A DNA stretch of 59,959 nucleotides from NCBI GenBank assembly GCA_017542055.1, contig JAFXXW010000001.1, positions 1 through 59,959 on the forward strand, written 5' to 3'. The position numbers and the translations under genes are program-made. Position 1 is the stretch's first letter. Each line of letters opens with the position of its first letter. This DNA is from Kiritimatiellia bacterium (GTDB lineage Bacteria; Verrucomicrobiota; Kiritimatiellia; RFP12; UBA1067). A model generated the notes under the pieces. That model ran no database searches. It had not been told where the DNA came from and was given only the letters and a program-made list of their open reading frames with translations. Below are positions 37,140-46,770 of the stretch, piece by piece.

Positions 37140-38088
37140 GAGTAAAATGTTGCCGGAGCGCGGAAATTATTTCGTCGAGTTCCCCGTCGATGATGCGATC
37201 CAACGCATATAAAGTAAGGTTTATCCGGTGGTCCGTAAGCCGGTTCTGCGGGAAATTGTAGGTGCGGATCTTCTCGCTGCGATCACCCGATCCCACCATC
37301 TCCAGACGGTCCGCGCCCAATCTGGCCGCCTCCTCCCGGCGCTGCTTGTCGAGTATGCGCGCCTTGAGCGTGGCGAAGCATTTCTCGCGGTTGCGCTGTT
37401 GCGAGCGCTCGTCCTGGCATACGGCCACGAGGCCCGTCGGGATATGCGTCATGCGAACCGCGCTCTCCGTCTTGTTCACATGCTGCCCGCCGGCCCCGCC
37501 GGCGCAAAAGAGATCGATGCGCACGTCCTTTTCGGGGATCTCCAGCGTGTCGTCCTCGTCAGCCTCCGGGAAAACCACCACGGTGGCGGCGCTGGTGTGG
37601 ATGCGTCCCTGCGCCTCGGTTTCGGGCACGCGCTGCACCCGGTGGGTGCCGCCCTCGAACCGCAGCTCGCCGTACGCGCCTTCGCCCAGCACGGTGAAGA
37701 AGCCTTCGCTCATCCGGCTCACCCGCCAGCCGCGACGCTCGGCGTAGCGCAGATACATGCGCTCCAGATCCGCCGCGAAGAGTCCCGCCTCCTCGCCGCC
37801 GGTGCCCGCGCGGATCTCCACCACCGCGTTGCGCAGATCCAGCGGATCCGGCGGCACGAGCGCTTCCATGAGCTCGCGCTCGCTTTGGGCGACGAGCGCC
37901 TCGTCGGTTCCGTCCTCCCGCGCCAGCTCGTACATCACGTAGGCCGACTCCAGTTTCTTGAGGAAGGCGTATTCCCGCGCCAGCTCCCGGTAGCGCTTGC
38001 GGTCGCCCAAAACGACCGGGTCGCTCAGGTCCGCTTCCACGGAACCCAAACGACCCAGGATTTGCTTGATTTGTTGCTCGGAGATCAA
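37117..38088 (-). CDS. prfA: Peptide chain release factor 1
   Basis: EIRAGTGGEEA, RVPETE (PxT), GAGGQHVN, IRTYNFPQ; follows rpmE. Confidence 0.93.
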   Translation of the reverse strand: MISEQQIKQILGRLGSVEADLSDPVVLGDRKRYRELAREYAFLKKLESAYVMYELAREDGTDEALVAQSERELMEALVPPDPLDLRNAVVEIRAGTGGEEAGLFAADLERMYLRYAERRGWRVSRMSEGFFTVLGEGAYGELRFEGGTHRVQRVPETEAQGRIHTSAATVVVFPEADEDDTLEIPEKDVRIDLFCAGGAGGQHVNKTESAVRMTHIPTGLVAVCQDERSQQRNREKCFATLKARILDKQRREEAARLGADRLEMVGSGDRSEKIRTYNFPQNRLTDHRINLTLYALDRIIDGELDEIISALRQHFTLAKLAKI

Positions 38089-38091
38089 GGC

Positions 38092-38298
38092 TTACTTCGC
38101 GAACTTCGCGTAGCGCTTCTTGAACGAGTCAACGCGACCTTCGGTGTCCACCATGGTCTTCTGACCCGTGAAGTACGGGTGGCACGCGCTGCAGGTGTTG
38201 ACCGTCATTTCCTTCTTGGTGGAACGGGTCTTGATCACGTTGCCGCACGCGCAGGTGATGGTGGCCTCGCCGTAGGCCGGATGGATGTTGCTCTTCAT
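38092..38298 (-). CDS. rpmE: 50S ribosomal protein L31 (Zn-binding type)
   Basis: MKSNIHP.Y, CACG, CSACHPYFTG. Confidence 0.97.
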   Translation of the reverse strand: MKSNIHPAYGEATITCACGNVIKTRSTKKEMTVNTCSACHPYFTGQKTMVDTEGRVDSFKKRYAKFAK

Positions 38299-38332
38299 TG
38301 GTTGTTTGCCTTTCTTGCCAAATTGAGGTGGT

Positions 38333-38362
38333 ATTATATCATAAATCGCGGGGAAAAGTCAA
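38333..38362 (-). promoter_or_regulatory. sigma70 promoter for rpmE-prfA
   Basis: TTGACT-N18-TATAAT with TG. Confidence 0.7.
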
Positions 38363-38368
38363 TAGGTT

Positions 38369-39202
38369 TTAGTAGATTTTGATGTAGGCCTCGCTCCGCA
38401 GGCGCTTGATCCATTCGCCGTAGAGCCGCTCGGCCGTGGCCATCTTGACCGCCGCTTCCACTTCCTCGAACGCCTCCTCGAACGTCTTCTGCCGGGCAAT
38501 CTCCTCGCCGTCCTTGCGCACCCGGAACCAGTGGCCCTTCACCTCCAGCCAGTCCGAAATTCCGCCGGTTTCCAGGGTTTCCAGCACTTCGCACACTTCC
38601 GGCAGGAACACCTCCTCCGGGCGCACATTCTCGTACACGTCGGCGTCCTCCTCGAAGCTGGCGGTGGCCATTTCGTTCTCCTCTTCGGGCGCGAGCAGAA
38701 TGATGGAAACCGTGACCCGTCCGCTCTTCTCGGCGTAGCGCTCGGGGTGGCCGGCGAATTCCTCGCGCAAGGCCTTGGGGGTGGCCACGACGTTTTTCTC
38801 GATCATCTGGTAGCGCATGGCCGACACGATCAGATCCTCGCGGATGCGGGCGTACCACTCCGGATACGACACCCGGTCGCGCGCCAGCTGGTCCATCAAC
38901 CGGTTGCGGTCGCCGCCGAAGGAGCGCTTGATGATTTCGCGCACTCGGTTTTCCACCACCCAATCCTGCATGGTCATCTTCTGGTCGCGCGAAGCCTTGA
39001 GGATGAGCTTGCGGTTGATGAGCTCGTTGACCACCAGCTCCGCCGCCTGCCGGTCGCTCCGGCCCAGCCGCGCCATCTCGCCCACGACTTCGCTCATCAG
39101 GATGCTCTCGTTGTTAACGGTGGCCACGATGCCGTCCACCTCCACCGCCTCGAGCGCCAGCGTCGACGCCAATATCGCCAATACGGTTGCCATCTTCTTC
39201 AT
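38369..39202 (-). CDS. SurA N-terminal domain chaperone / PpiC-like protein
   Basis: VDGIVATVNNESILMSE, LINRKLIL, WIKRLRSEAYIKI. Confidence 0.8.
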   Translation of the reverse strand: MKKMATVLAILASTLALEAVEVDGIVATVNNESILMSEVVGEMARLGRSDRQAAELVVNELINRKLILKASRDQKMTMQDWVVENRVREIIKRSFGGDRNRLMDQLARDRVSYPEWYARIREDLIVSAMRYQMIEKNVVATPKALREEFAGHPERYAEKSGRVTVSIILLAPEEENEMATASFEEDADVYENVRPEEVFLPEVCEVLETLETGGISDWLEVKGHWFRVRKDGEEIARQKTFEEAFEEVEAAVKMATAERLYGEWIKRLRSEAYIKIY

Positions 39203-39227
39203 GATGTCTCTCCTTGTTGCCGGTAAA

Positions 39228-40451
39228 TCAAATCATCGCGGCGATGGCCGCCCCGATCATCGGCGCGTCCTCCACCTTGGGTACTATTTCGTAATGCACG
39301 TTGCGCCGCCGCACGAGAATTTCGTCCAGTTCGCGCTTGACCGCCTTGGGGAAATCGATCGCCTGCGTCTTGTAGTAGGTGGAGCCGTCGATGCAGATCG
39401 CCACCGGCTCGTCCTCCTGGATGCCCTCGCCGGACTGGATCACGAACGCCGCCAGCTCCACCGCCGCCAGAATGGCCGCGCGCTCGAACACCGGTAGCGT
39501 AAACCGCCGCGCCGTCTTGGCGTCGGCCGGCGGCAGATTGAGGTCGCGCTGGCCGGCGCAGAACTCGCTCAGGTCCTTGGTGGAGATGCCGCCCATCCCC
39601 AAAAGGATTCCGGCCGACCGGGGCGAAAAATAGCCCGCCTTGGCCGCCGCCTTGAGGATTTCGCAGCCGATCGCCCCCAGATAGGCGCCCGCGATCATCT
39701 TCTCCAGCTTCTGCTTGCCGGGATTGTTGCTCTTCTGGTCCACCGCCACGTCGAACGCGGACTGCGGCACCTTGTCGAACGCGCCGCTTTCGGCGTTGAC
39801 GATCATCTGCAATTCCGGATCCACGTAAGCCGTGTTGGTGCCGGTGCCGAGGATGAACCCGATATAGGACGAATACGTCTTGTCGCCCTCCATCGCCTTG
39901 GCGGCAAGGAGCGTGGCCACCGTGTCGTTGACCACCGCGATCGCTTCCGCCCCCGAGCGCCGCTTCAGTTCCGACCCCACGTACTGCCCCACGATGGCCG
40001 GCGCCTTGATGTTCTTGGTCCACATCAAAAGCCGCGCGTCCAGATCCGGCGTGGCCTCGGCGGGATAGCTGAAGCACCAGCCCACTTTGGCCACGTTGGC
40101 GTAAGGCATGAGCCGGCGCACCTCGCCCGCGAAAGTCTCGTAGAACTCCTCCTCGCCCACTTCGCGCGACACGCCCGGCATCGGACGATTCTCCTTACGT
40201 TCGATGGCCGGCGGCACCGACACCACCGCCCCGCGGAAATTGGTTCCGCCCGCGTCCAGCACCACCGCCTTCCGGCCCGCCAGGTTGGCGCGCGTGGGCG
40301 CGACGTAAGCCTTGAGCATCGCGAGCGACGACGGCCGTCCCTCAAGCCCTGCCTTCATCTCGGCGGCGAACAGCGCGATCAACTTGCTGCGGTCGATGTC
40401 GTCCGCCAGCGCAAACCCGTTTTCCGTCAAAAAAGCTTCCGGCGATTTCAT
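39228..40451 (-). CDS. Hexokinase (Hexokinase_1/2 family)
   Basis: SSLAML, LDAGGTNFR, FSYP, WTK, VNDTVATL, ILGTGTN, N.ESG.F, EKM..G.YLG, DGS. Confidence 0.88.
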   Translation of the reverse strand: MKSPEAFLTENGFALADDIDRSKLIALFAAEMKAGLEGRPSSLAMLKAYVAPTRANLAGRKAVVLDAGGTNFRGAVVSVPPAIERKENRPMPGVSREVGEEEFYETFAGEVRRLMPYANVAKVGWCFSYPAEATPDLDARLLMWTKNIKAPAIVGQYVGSELKRRSGAEAIAVVNDTVATLLAAKAMEGDKTYSSYIGFILGTGTNTAYVDPELQMIVNAESGAFDKVPQSAFDVAVDQKSNNPGKQKLEKMIAGAYLGAIGCEILKAAAKAGYFSPRSAGILLGMGGISTKDLSEFCAGQRDLNLPPADAKTARRFTLPVFERAAILAAVELAAFVIQSGEGIQEDEPVAICIDGSTYYKTQAIDFPKAVKRELDEILVRRRNVHYEIVPKVEDAPMIGAAIAAMI

Positions 40452-41227
40452 TGTCCCGACAGTCCTTTCGCTAGCGCAACCCACTCCTCGTTGGAGAGTT
40501 CCTCCGCCCTCAGAGCGGACTGGATGTAGTCCTTGAAAATGCTCCCGAGCTGCTTGCGCCGGTGCTCGAACGCCTGTTTGGTGATGCGATGGAACAGCTT
40601 GCGCGCCGCCTCGTCCATATCCCAGTTGCGGTCGTGCCGCTTGAGCGTGACTACGCTCGACCCCACCTCCGGCCGCGGCCAGAAACAGCTGGCCGCCACT
40701 TTCCGGACGATTTTCACGTCATAGTCGAGCTGCGCCCACACCCCGGCGAGACCCCGCGTCTTGCCGCCCTCCTTGGCCGCCAGCCGCTCCGCCACCTCCG
40801 TCTGCACCAGCACCGTCATGTGCCGGATGTCGCGCCGCAGCACCAGCTCCAGCAAAATCCGCGTGCCGGCCTGGTACGGCAGATTGGACACCATCGCATC
40901 CGCCGGCGGCAACTCCGCCTCCAGCGCGTCGCCCTTGATAACGACAAGGTTTTCCGGATCGCCCAGCGCCGGCTTCAGGCGATCGGCCAGCACCGGATCC
41001 TTCTCGACCGCCGTCACGCTCGCGCCGCGCTTCAGCATCTCCTCCGTCAGCACCCCCAGCCCCGGACCGATCTCCAGCACCGAGGCAGGATTTTCCTCCA
41101 GCCCCGCGTCCACGATGGCCTCCAGCGCGTTGCGGTCGATGAGAAAATTCTGCCCCAGCACCTTGTTGGGATGGAACTCGTGCTCGATGCACCACGCCTT
41201 GACCTGGCTCGGACTCGTAAGATTCAT
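40448..41227 (-). CDS. rsmA: 16S rRNA dimethyladenosine transferase
   Basis: Start MNLTSP; LGQNFL, LEIGPGLG, NLPY, QxEVAERL. Confidence 0.95.
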   Translation of the reverse strand: MNLTSPSQVKAWCIEHEFHPNKVLGQNFLIDRNALEAIVDAGLEENPASVLEIGPGLGVLTEEMLKRGASVTAVEKDPVLADRLKPALGDPENLVVIKGDALEAELPPADAMVSNLPYQAGTRILLELVLRRDIRHMTVLVQTEVAERLAAKEGGKTRGLAGVWAQLDYDVKIVRKVAASCFWPRPEVGSSVVTLKRHDRNWDMDEAARKLFHRITKQAFEHRRKQLGSIFKDYIQSALRAEELSNEEWVALAKGLSGQ

Positions 41228-43128
41228 CACAGCCCCACCTTGTCCAGTATTCCCTGATAGTCCCACTCCGCGTCGTCGATGGGACCTCGCACCTTGAACT
41301 CCAGCAGCAGCTTGGCGAACGGCAGCAGGATCGGCCGCACCACGTAACGCCCCAGCATCGAATCCTTGCGCGTGAACTCCATGCGCACCAGGAAGTCCAG
41401 ATCGTCCTCCGGAATGTTGTACGTGCCCGCCGCGGAAATGGAAAAGAGCCCGCCCTCGATGAGGATGTCGTCCGTCTTGAATACGCCGTTCTCCAGCGTG
41501 AACGTGCAAGAGCCGGTATTCTGGTTGACGATCGTCGCCACGCCCGGCACATACTCGGCCAGCGCCGCGGTCATCCCGGCGAAGAGTTTCATCTGCGCCA
41601 GATGCCCATCCTCGATCCGCACCCGACCGAAGCCGTCCATCTCGTTCACCATATTGGTGGTCAGCGGCCCCGAAAAATGGAACGTACCCTCCAGCTTGCC
41701 CTTCTTGTCGCCGAGGTCGAAATCGAAATAGTCGGCCACTTCCTCCACCGACCCCCGCGTGTAGGCGATATCGACATCCGCCGTGGCGCTTTCGGGCTCG
41801 CCCGCCGGGACCTTCAGCGCCGCCCACATCTTGATGTCGCCGCCGCGCATGCCCCGCGCCGTTACGTTGGTGAAGGTCACGGTGTCGCCCACGTACGCGT
41901 AGTCGGCCTTGGCGTCGATCATGGGAATGTCGAACAGCGTGCAGCGGGCTGTCTCTACCGTCCCGTGCAGATCGTTCTCGCCCTGGCGCTCGGGCTCCGC
42001 CGCCAAAAGCCCTTTGACCGTGATCCGGGGCGGCGCGTCGCACTTGAAATCGTCCAGCGTGCCGTCGTTGAGGCAGTCGATGATCGACAGCACGTCCTTG
42101 AACGGCAAATCGCTCTTGGCGTCGAAATCGAGCGTTATCGCGTCTTCCGCGTTGCGCCGGTGCACCACGAAGCCGCCTTCCAATTGCCGGCCTTCGGCGT
42201 CGTAGGCGGTGACGGGGCCGATCGTCACGTCCGATTCCATAAAACCGTCGCGATACCATACCTCTATCTTGATCTTGCCGTCCGCACGCTTCATCGGCAC
42301 CCGGTTGTACTCGCCCAGCACCGGATGCACGCCCACCTCCAGCACCGTATGGCCCGTGTCCAGATTGACGTCCCACGAAAAATACGCCGGAATCGGACCC
42401 TTGACGCCGGTGAAACCGTCCATGTACGGCAAGCTCACGGGAATGTCCAGAATCACCAGATGCGGCCGGATGAACGGCTGCGTGGCCAACCCGGCGCACT
42501 CGCCCTTGAGCCTCTTGTCCGAGATGTCGAAAAATATGTAGCCCGCCACCACCATCGGCAACGCGGCTTGGCGCGGCCACTCCACCTTGATGTTGTTGAT
42601 CTCCGCGCGCAGGGGACGCACTTTCACCTCGCCCTCCACCGACTGCGGCCGCAAGCCCAGGATACAAGGACGCTCCGCGATCAGTTTGAACGTGGGCAGT
42701 TTGGGCAGGCGGAAATCCCACGGCGGCGGCGGAACCGCCATTTGCGACCGCGGACCGTAGGCGTAGCCACCCGGTTCGTAATAGCTGTCGGGCAGTTTGT
42801 CGTAGAACGCGCCCACCGCCCTGACCTTGCGCGCGATGAAGTCGATATAAAGCTCTTCCGCCGCCACCAAGGGCGTCGTCGCGTCCTTGCGCGCAAGATC
42901 GAACAACTTGAGATCGCCCAGATACAGACCTTGCTTGAACCCGAAGGACGCTTCGCCCAAAGTGAACCGGAGCGTGTCCGGCAACCGCTCCTGCACGCAA
43001 CGCTCCACCCACTCGGCGGGCAGACTCTGCTGGCGGAAGAAGAGCGAACCGGCAAAAATGCAAAAAGCGATGAAGACCAGCTTCATCGCCTTGACCGTCC
43101 AACGCAAGCCCTTGCCGAACCTTTTCAT
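41227..43128 (-). CDS. AsmA-like C-terminal domain protein
   Basis: N-terminal TM anchor, beta-rich body, C-terminal FKVRGPIDDAEW (GxxxxP motif). Confidence 0.65.
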   Translation of the reverse strand: MKRFGKGLRWTVKAMKLVFIAFCIFAGSLFFRQQSLPAEWVERCVQERLPDTLRFTLGEASFGFKQGLYLGDLKLFDLARKDATTPLVAAEELYIDFIARKVRAVGAFYDKLPDSYYEPGGYAYGPRSQMAVPPPPWDFRLPKLPTFKLIAERPCILGLRPQSVEGEVKVRPLRAEINNIKVEWPRQAALPMVVAGYIFFDISDKRLKGECAGLATQPFIRPHLVILDIPVSLPYMDGFTGVKGPIPAYFSWDVNLDTGHTVLEVGVHPVLGEYNRVPMKRADGKIKIEVWYRDGFMESDVTIGPVTAYDAEGRQLEGGFVVHRRNAEDAITLDFDAKSDLPFKDVLSIIDCLNDGTLDDFKCDAPPRITVKGLLAAEPERQGENDLHGTVETARCTLFDIPMIDAKADYAYVGDTVTFTNVTARGMRGGDIKMWAALKVPAGEPESATADVDIAYTRGSVEEVADYFDFDLGDKKGKLEGTFHFSGPLTTNMVNEMDGFGRVRIEDGHLAQMKLFAGMTAALAEYVPGVATIVNQNTGSCTFTLENGVFKTDDILIEGGLFSISAAGTYNIPEDDLDFLVRMEFTRKDSMLGRYVVRPILLPFAKLLLEFKVRGPIDDAEWDYQGILDKVGL

Positions 43129-43132
43129 CGAT

Positions 43133-43207
43133 TGGCAGCCCCTAGGAGAGTCGAACTCCTCTTACCTGGATGAGAACCAGATGTCCTAGCCGATAGACGA
43201 AGGGGCC
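43133..43207 (-). tRNA. tRNA-Glu(CTC)
   Basis: GGCCCCTTCGTCTA..., anticodon loop TTCTCAT, CCA end. Confidence 0.92.
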
Positions 43208-43210
43208 AAG

Positions 43211-43295
43211 TGGTGCACCCGGTGGGATTTGAACCCACACACCTTGCGGCACTAGAACCTGAATCTAGCGTGTATGCCAATTTCACCACGGGTGC
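43211..43295 (-). tRNA. tRNA-Leu(CAG)
   Basis: Anticodon arm CTAGA-TTCAGGT-TCTAG, long variable arm, CCA end. Confidence 0.93.
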
Positions 43296-43316
43296 TTTTC
43301 CTTGCTAGTGCTGTAT

Positions 43317-43346
43317 ATTATATCATATTTCCCCCCTGCTTGGCAA
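43317..43346 (-). promoter_or_regulatory. sigma70 promoter for tRNA-Leu/Glu
   Basis: TTGCCA-N18-TATAAT with TG. Confidence 0.7.
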
Positions 43347-43370
43347 GGGGGAAAATGAACTTTTTTACTT

Positions 43371-45476
43371 TCAGCCATGAGCGTCGAGTTCCGCCATCGC
43401 AGCCTTGCGCGACAGCTTGATGCGTCCGCGATCGTCGACATCGAGGCATTTCACCTTGATCTTGTCGCCCACCTTGCAGACGCCTTCCATCGACTTCAGG
43501 AACTTGTCGGAGAACTCGCTGATGTGGCAGAGGCCGTCCATGCCGGGCAGAATCTGCACGAAAGCGCCGAAATCCTTGATTCCGGTGACGACGCCATCGT
43601 ATATCTTGCCGGGTTCGGCCACGGCGCTCACCGCGCCCACCGCGTTCTTCGCCGCTTCCATCGACTCCTTGCTGGTCGCGAAAATCGAAACCTTGCCGTC
43701 GTCGTCGATGTCGATCTGCGCACCCGTCGTCTCCACGATCGAACGGATGTTCGAACCGCCGGGGCCGATCAGCGCGCCGATCTTGTCCACGGGGATCTGC
43801 ATCTCTTCGATCCGCGGCGCGTACTTGTTGAGTTCCGCGCGAGGAGCGGGGATGACCGTCTCCATGAAGTCGATGATCTTGAGCCGCGCATCGTGCGCCG
43901 CCTTGACCGCGCCCTCCACGAGATCCCAGGTAAGGCCGCGCAGTTTCAGGTCAACCTGGAAGCCGGTGATGCCCTTGCGGGTGCCGCCCACCTTGAAGTC
44001 CATGTCGCCGCAGTGGTCTTCGGCGCCCAGTATATCGGTCACGAGCACCTTCTGGCTCTGGTCGGCGTTGGTAAAGAGGCCGATCGAGATTCCGGCCACC
44101 GTCCGCTTGAGCGGCACGCCGGCGTCCATGAGCGCGAGGCAGCCGTTGCAGATGGAAGCCATCGACGAAGACCCGTTGGAGCCCATGATTTCGCTGACCA
44201 CGCGGATCGAATAGGGGAAATCGTCCGGCAGCACCTCGGCGATCGAACGTTCGGCCAACGCGCCGTGTCCGATCTCGCGGCGGCCGGTGGAACCGAGCCT
44301 GCCCACTTCGCCCGTGCAGTAGGGCGGAAAGTTGTAGTGGAGCATGAAGCGCTTGGAAGGATCGCCGCCGGTGACGGAATCGAGTTCCTGCGCGTCCTTC
44401 TTGGTGCCCAGCGTCACCGTAGCGAAGCTCTGCGTCTCGCCGCGGCTGAAGATGGCGCTGCCGTGCAGACGCGGCAATACGCCCACCTGCGCCGCCAAAG
44501 GACGGATTTCGTGCTGCGCGCGGCCGTCGATGCGAAGGCCCTTCTCCAGCACGTTCTTGCGCACGGTTTCGATTTCGAGCGCGTCGAAGAGGTGCACGAA
44601 GCCGACCGCGTCAACTTCCGGCCACTTCTCGCTGACCTTCTTGAGGAGGTCTTCCTTGATGGCCGAAACCTTGCCCTGGCGCTCCAGCTTGCCCTTGATC
44701 AGAAGCGCCGAAGCCAACGCTTCGCCGCCCTCGGCGCGCATGAAGTCCATCTTGTCGGCGGGCTGCGGCACGTCCACGATCACCTTGTCGGGCTTGCCCA
44801 GCGCGCGGCGCATTTCGATCTGGAGATCGATGATCTTCTCCACTTCCTCGTGGGCGCGCTTGAGCGCCGCGATGAAGTCCTCGTCGCTGATTTCGGAGGC
44901 CGAACCTTCCATCATCAGGAACTTGCCCCTAAGACCCGCGTACAGGAGGTCGATGTCGCTCTTGGCCTTCTGCTCGTGCGTGGGGTTGATCACCCACTGG
45001 CCGTCGACCCGGCCGATGCGCACGCAACCGATGGGCCCCATAAAGGGAATCTCGCTGATGTGCAGCGCCGCGGACGCCGCGTTGACGGCCAGGAAGTCGG
45101 CCTCGCGCGTACCGTCGCACTGGATGAGCGTGCCGTTAACCTGCACGTCGTTGTAGTAGCCGTCGGGGAACAAGGGACGGATGGGACGGTCGCACATGCG
45201 AGCCGTCAGGATCTCCTTGCTCGTGGGACGCGCCTCGCGCTTGAAAAACCCGCCCGGGAACTTGCCGGCCGCGTAGAACTTCTCGCGATACTCGCACTGC
45301 AGAGGGAAAAAGTCGATGCCTTCCCGGGGAGTATCGGTATTGGTGACCGCGGTGAACACGGTCGTGTCGCCGTACGAAACGGTGACCGCCCCCGCCGCCT
45401 GCTGCGCCAGGAGCCCGGTTTCGATCACGAGGTCCGTCCCCGCGATGTCGACCCTGAATTGTTTTGCGTTTTCCAT
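43371..45476 (-). CDS. pnp: Polyribonucleotide nucleotidyltransferase
   Basis: FFPL, GGFFKRE, RGETQ, SNGSSSMA, GDMDFKV, KH and S1 domains. Confidence 0.98.
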   Translation of the reverse strand: MENAKQFRVDIAGTDLVIETGLLAQQAAGAVTVSYGDTTVFTAVTNTDTPREGIDFFPLQCEYREKFYAAGKFPGGFFKREARPTSKEILTARMCDRPIRPLFPDGYYNDVQVNGTLIQCDGTREADFLAVNAASAALHISEIPFMGPIGCVRIGRVDGQWVINPTHEQKAKSDIDLLYAGLRGKFLMMEGSASEISDEDFIAALKRAHEEVEKIIDLQIEMRRALGKPDKVIVDVPQPADKMDFMRAEGGEALASALLIKGKLERQGKVSAIKEDLLKKVSEKWPEVDAVGFVHLFDALEIETVRKNVLEKGLRIDGRAQHEIRPLAAQVGVLPRLHGSAIFSRGETQSFATVTLGTKKDAQELDSVTGGDPSKRFMLHYNFPPYCTGEVGRLGSTGRREIGHGALAERSIAEVLPDDFPYSIRVVSEIMGSNGSSSMASICNGCLALMDAGVPLKRTVAGISIGLFTNADQSQKVLVTDILGAEDHCGDMDFKVGGTRKGITGFQVDLKLRGLTWDLVEGAVKAAHDARLKIIDFMETVIPAPRAELNKYAPRIEEMQIPVDKIGALIGPGGSNIRSIVETTGAQIDIDDDGKVSIFATSKESMEAAKNAVGAVSAVAEPGKIYDGVVTGIKDFGAFVQILPGMDGLCHISEFSDKFLKSMEGVCKVGDKIKVKCLDVDDRGRIKLSRKAAMAELDAHG

Positions 45477-45492
45477 TGTTTCGTTTCTTTGC

Positions 45493-45753
45493 TTAGCGGC
45501 GGATGCCCAGCTTCTTGATGAGTTCGCGGTATCCGGCCTCGTTCTCGCGCTTCAGATAATCCAGCAGGTTGCGACGGTTCTGGACCTTGCGGAGCAGCCC
45601 GTAACGCGAGCTGTGGTCCTTGTGGTTCGCCTTGAGGTGGGCGGTGAGCGCCTCGATTTCCTTGGTGAGGATGGCTATCTGCACCTCGCTCGATCCCGTG
45701 TCGTTCGCATGACGCTGGAATTCGGCCTTGATGGCCGCTTTATCGATCTTCAT
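45493..45753 (-). CDS. rpsO: 30S ribosomal protein S15
   Basis: [22 protein letters not shown]; start MKIDK. Confidence 0.97.
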   Translation of the reverse strand: MKIDKAAIKAEFQRHANDTGSSEVQIAILTKEIEALTAHLKANHKDHSSRYGLLRKVQNRRNLLDYLKRENEAGYRELIKKLGIRR

Positions 45754-45759
45754 AGCACT

Positions 45760-45858
45760 GTTCTTTCTTGAATGACCACAAACCGGGAAGTTGAGCCCAA
45801 CCTCCAGAAACGGAATGTAGATTATGTATATTATATCATATTCCCGGCGCGATTTCAA
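45760..45858 (-). promoter_or_regulatory. rpsO promoter and structured 5' leader (possible S15 autoregulatory leader)
   Basis: TTGAAA-N17-TATAAT; hairpin GGAGGTTG-ggct-CAACTTCC in the leader. Confidence 0.5.
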
Positions 45859-45912
45859 TAGGAAAATGCAACTTTTTTACATTTCCCGCCGGGCGCCGGC
45901 CGACCGCTCCGG

Positions 45913-46770
45913 TCAGTTGATCCAGGTCCAGAGCGGCGTGTGGCCGTTGACGGTGCCGCCTCCGGTCTTGAGGAAAAACGTGCCCTCGCCCCGACGTCCG
46001 GCGTCGATGTTGGTGGAGGGGGTGTCGTCGGCGGTAAAGACCGCCTGCGTCACCTTGGTCCACTCCGCGCTGCCGGCGGGCTTGACCGCCACGTCGTAAA
46101 ACTCCGCCTCGCGCGACACCTTGGCCGACTGGTAGTCGCGCCGGAAATCCTCCACGAAGGAGGCGATGAATCCCAGCCCCTTCACCTTGGCGTCGCGAAT
46201 GGTGGAAATGGTGGCGATCTTCGTCCACTCCTCGCTGCCTTCCAACTTGGCGGAACAGGTGAAGGCGATGCGGTCTTTGCCGTCGGGCTCGCATTCGATC
46301 CTGGCGGTGACGCCCTCGCCCTCCTTCCAGGCGAGCCCGGTCAAGGTCTTGGCGCCGCTGCCCTCGCCGCCGAAGCGCGAAACCGACACCATGGGGTCGT
46401 GATACAGCACCTTGGCGCGCAGTTCCTCCTTCATGTCCTCGGCCTTGATTTCGTAGTCGTGGGGGTCGGTGGGATCCCAGACCGAAAAGATGAACACGCG
46501 TTCGCCCCCCCAATCCTGGATGCCGCAATAGCCCTGATGCCAGCCAAGAATGGAAAAGTAGGTCTTCGGCTGGGTCTCCACCACTTTCACGGTGGCCTGC
46601 GCGCCGGTGAACTCGCCGCCGATGCCATAAAGCAGATGCACCGAACGGGCCTGGCGCTTGACGAGATCGGCCTGCCGGGCGTCCTCGGGCTTGGCCGTCT
46701 GGGCCGGTTTGTCGGCGACGCAAGCGAGCACGGAAAAGCAAATCGAGGCGGCGAGTAGCAGTTTTTTCAT
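45913..46770 (-). CDS. Secreted DUF3472-like protein
   Basis: Signal peptide; RSVHL, GYCGIQ, IFSVWD, RFGGEGSG, SFVEDF. Confidence 0.75.
   Translation of the reverse strand: MKKLLLAASICFSVLACVADKPAQTAKPEDARQADLVKRQARSVHLLYGIGGEFTGAQATVKVVETQPKTYFSILGWHQGYCGIQDWGGERVFIFSVWDPTDPHDYEIKAEDMKEELRAKVLYHDPMVSVSRFGGEGSGAKTLTGLAWKEGEGVTARIECEPDGKDRIAFTCSAKLEGSEEWTKIATISTIRDAKVKGLGFIASFVEDFRRDYQSAKVSREAEFYDVAVKPAGSAEWTKVTQAVFTADDTPSTNIDAGRRGEGTFFLKTGGGTVNGHTPLWTWIN

Noticed and set aside
40448-43102. 884-aa ORF as a fusion; likewise the long N-extensions of dprA, rsmE, the APH-like kinase, the hydrolase and the rhomboid
   Set aside because: The N-terminal parts are off-frame reads of the upstream genes; real starts were reassigned at internal ATGs with stop/start overlaps.
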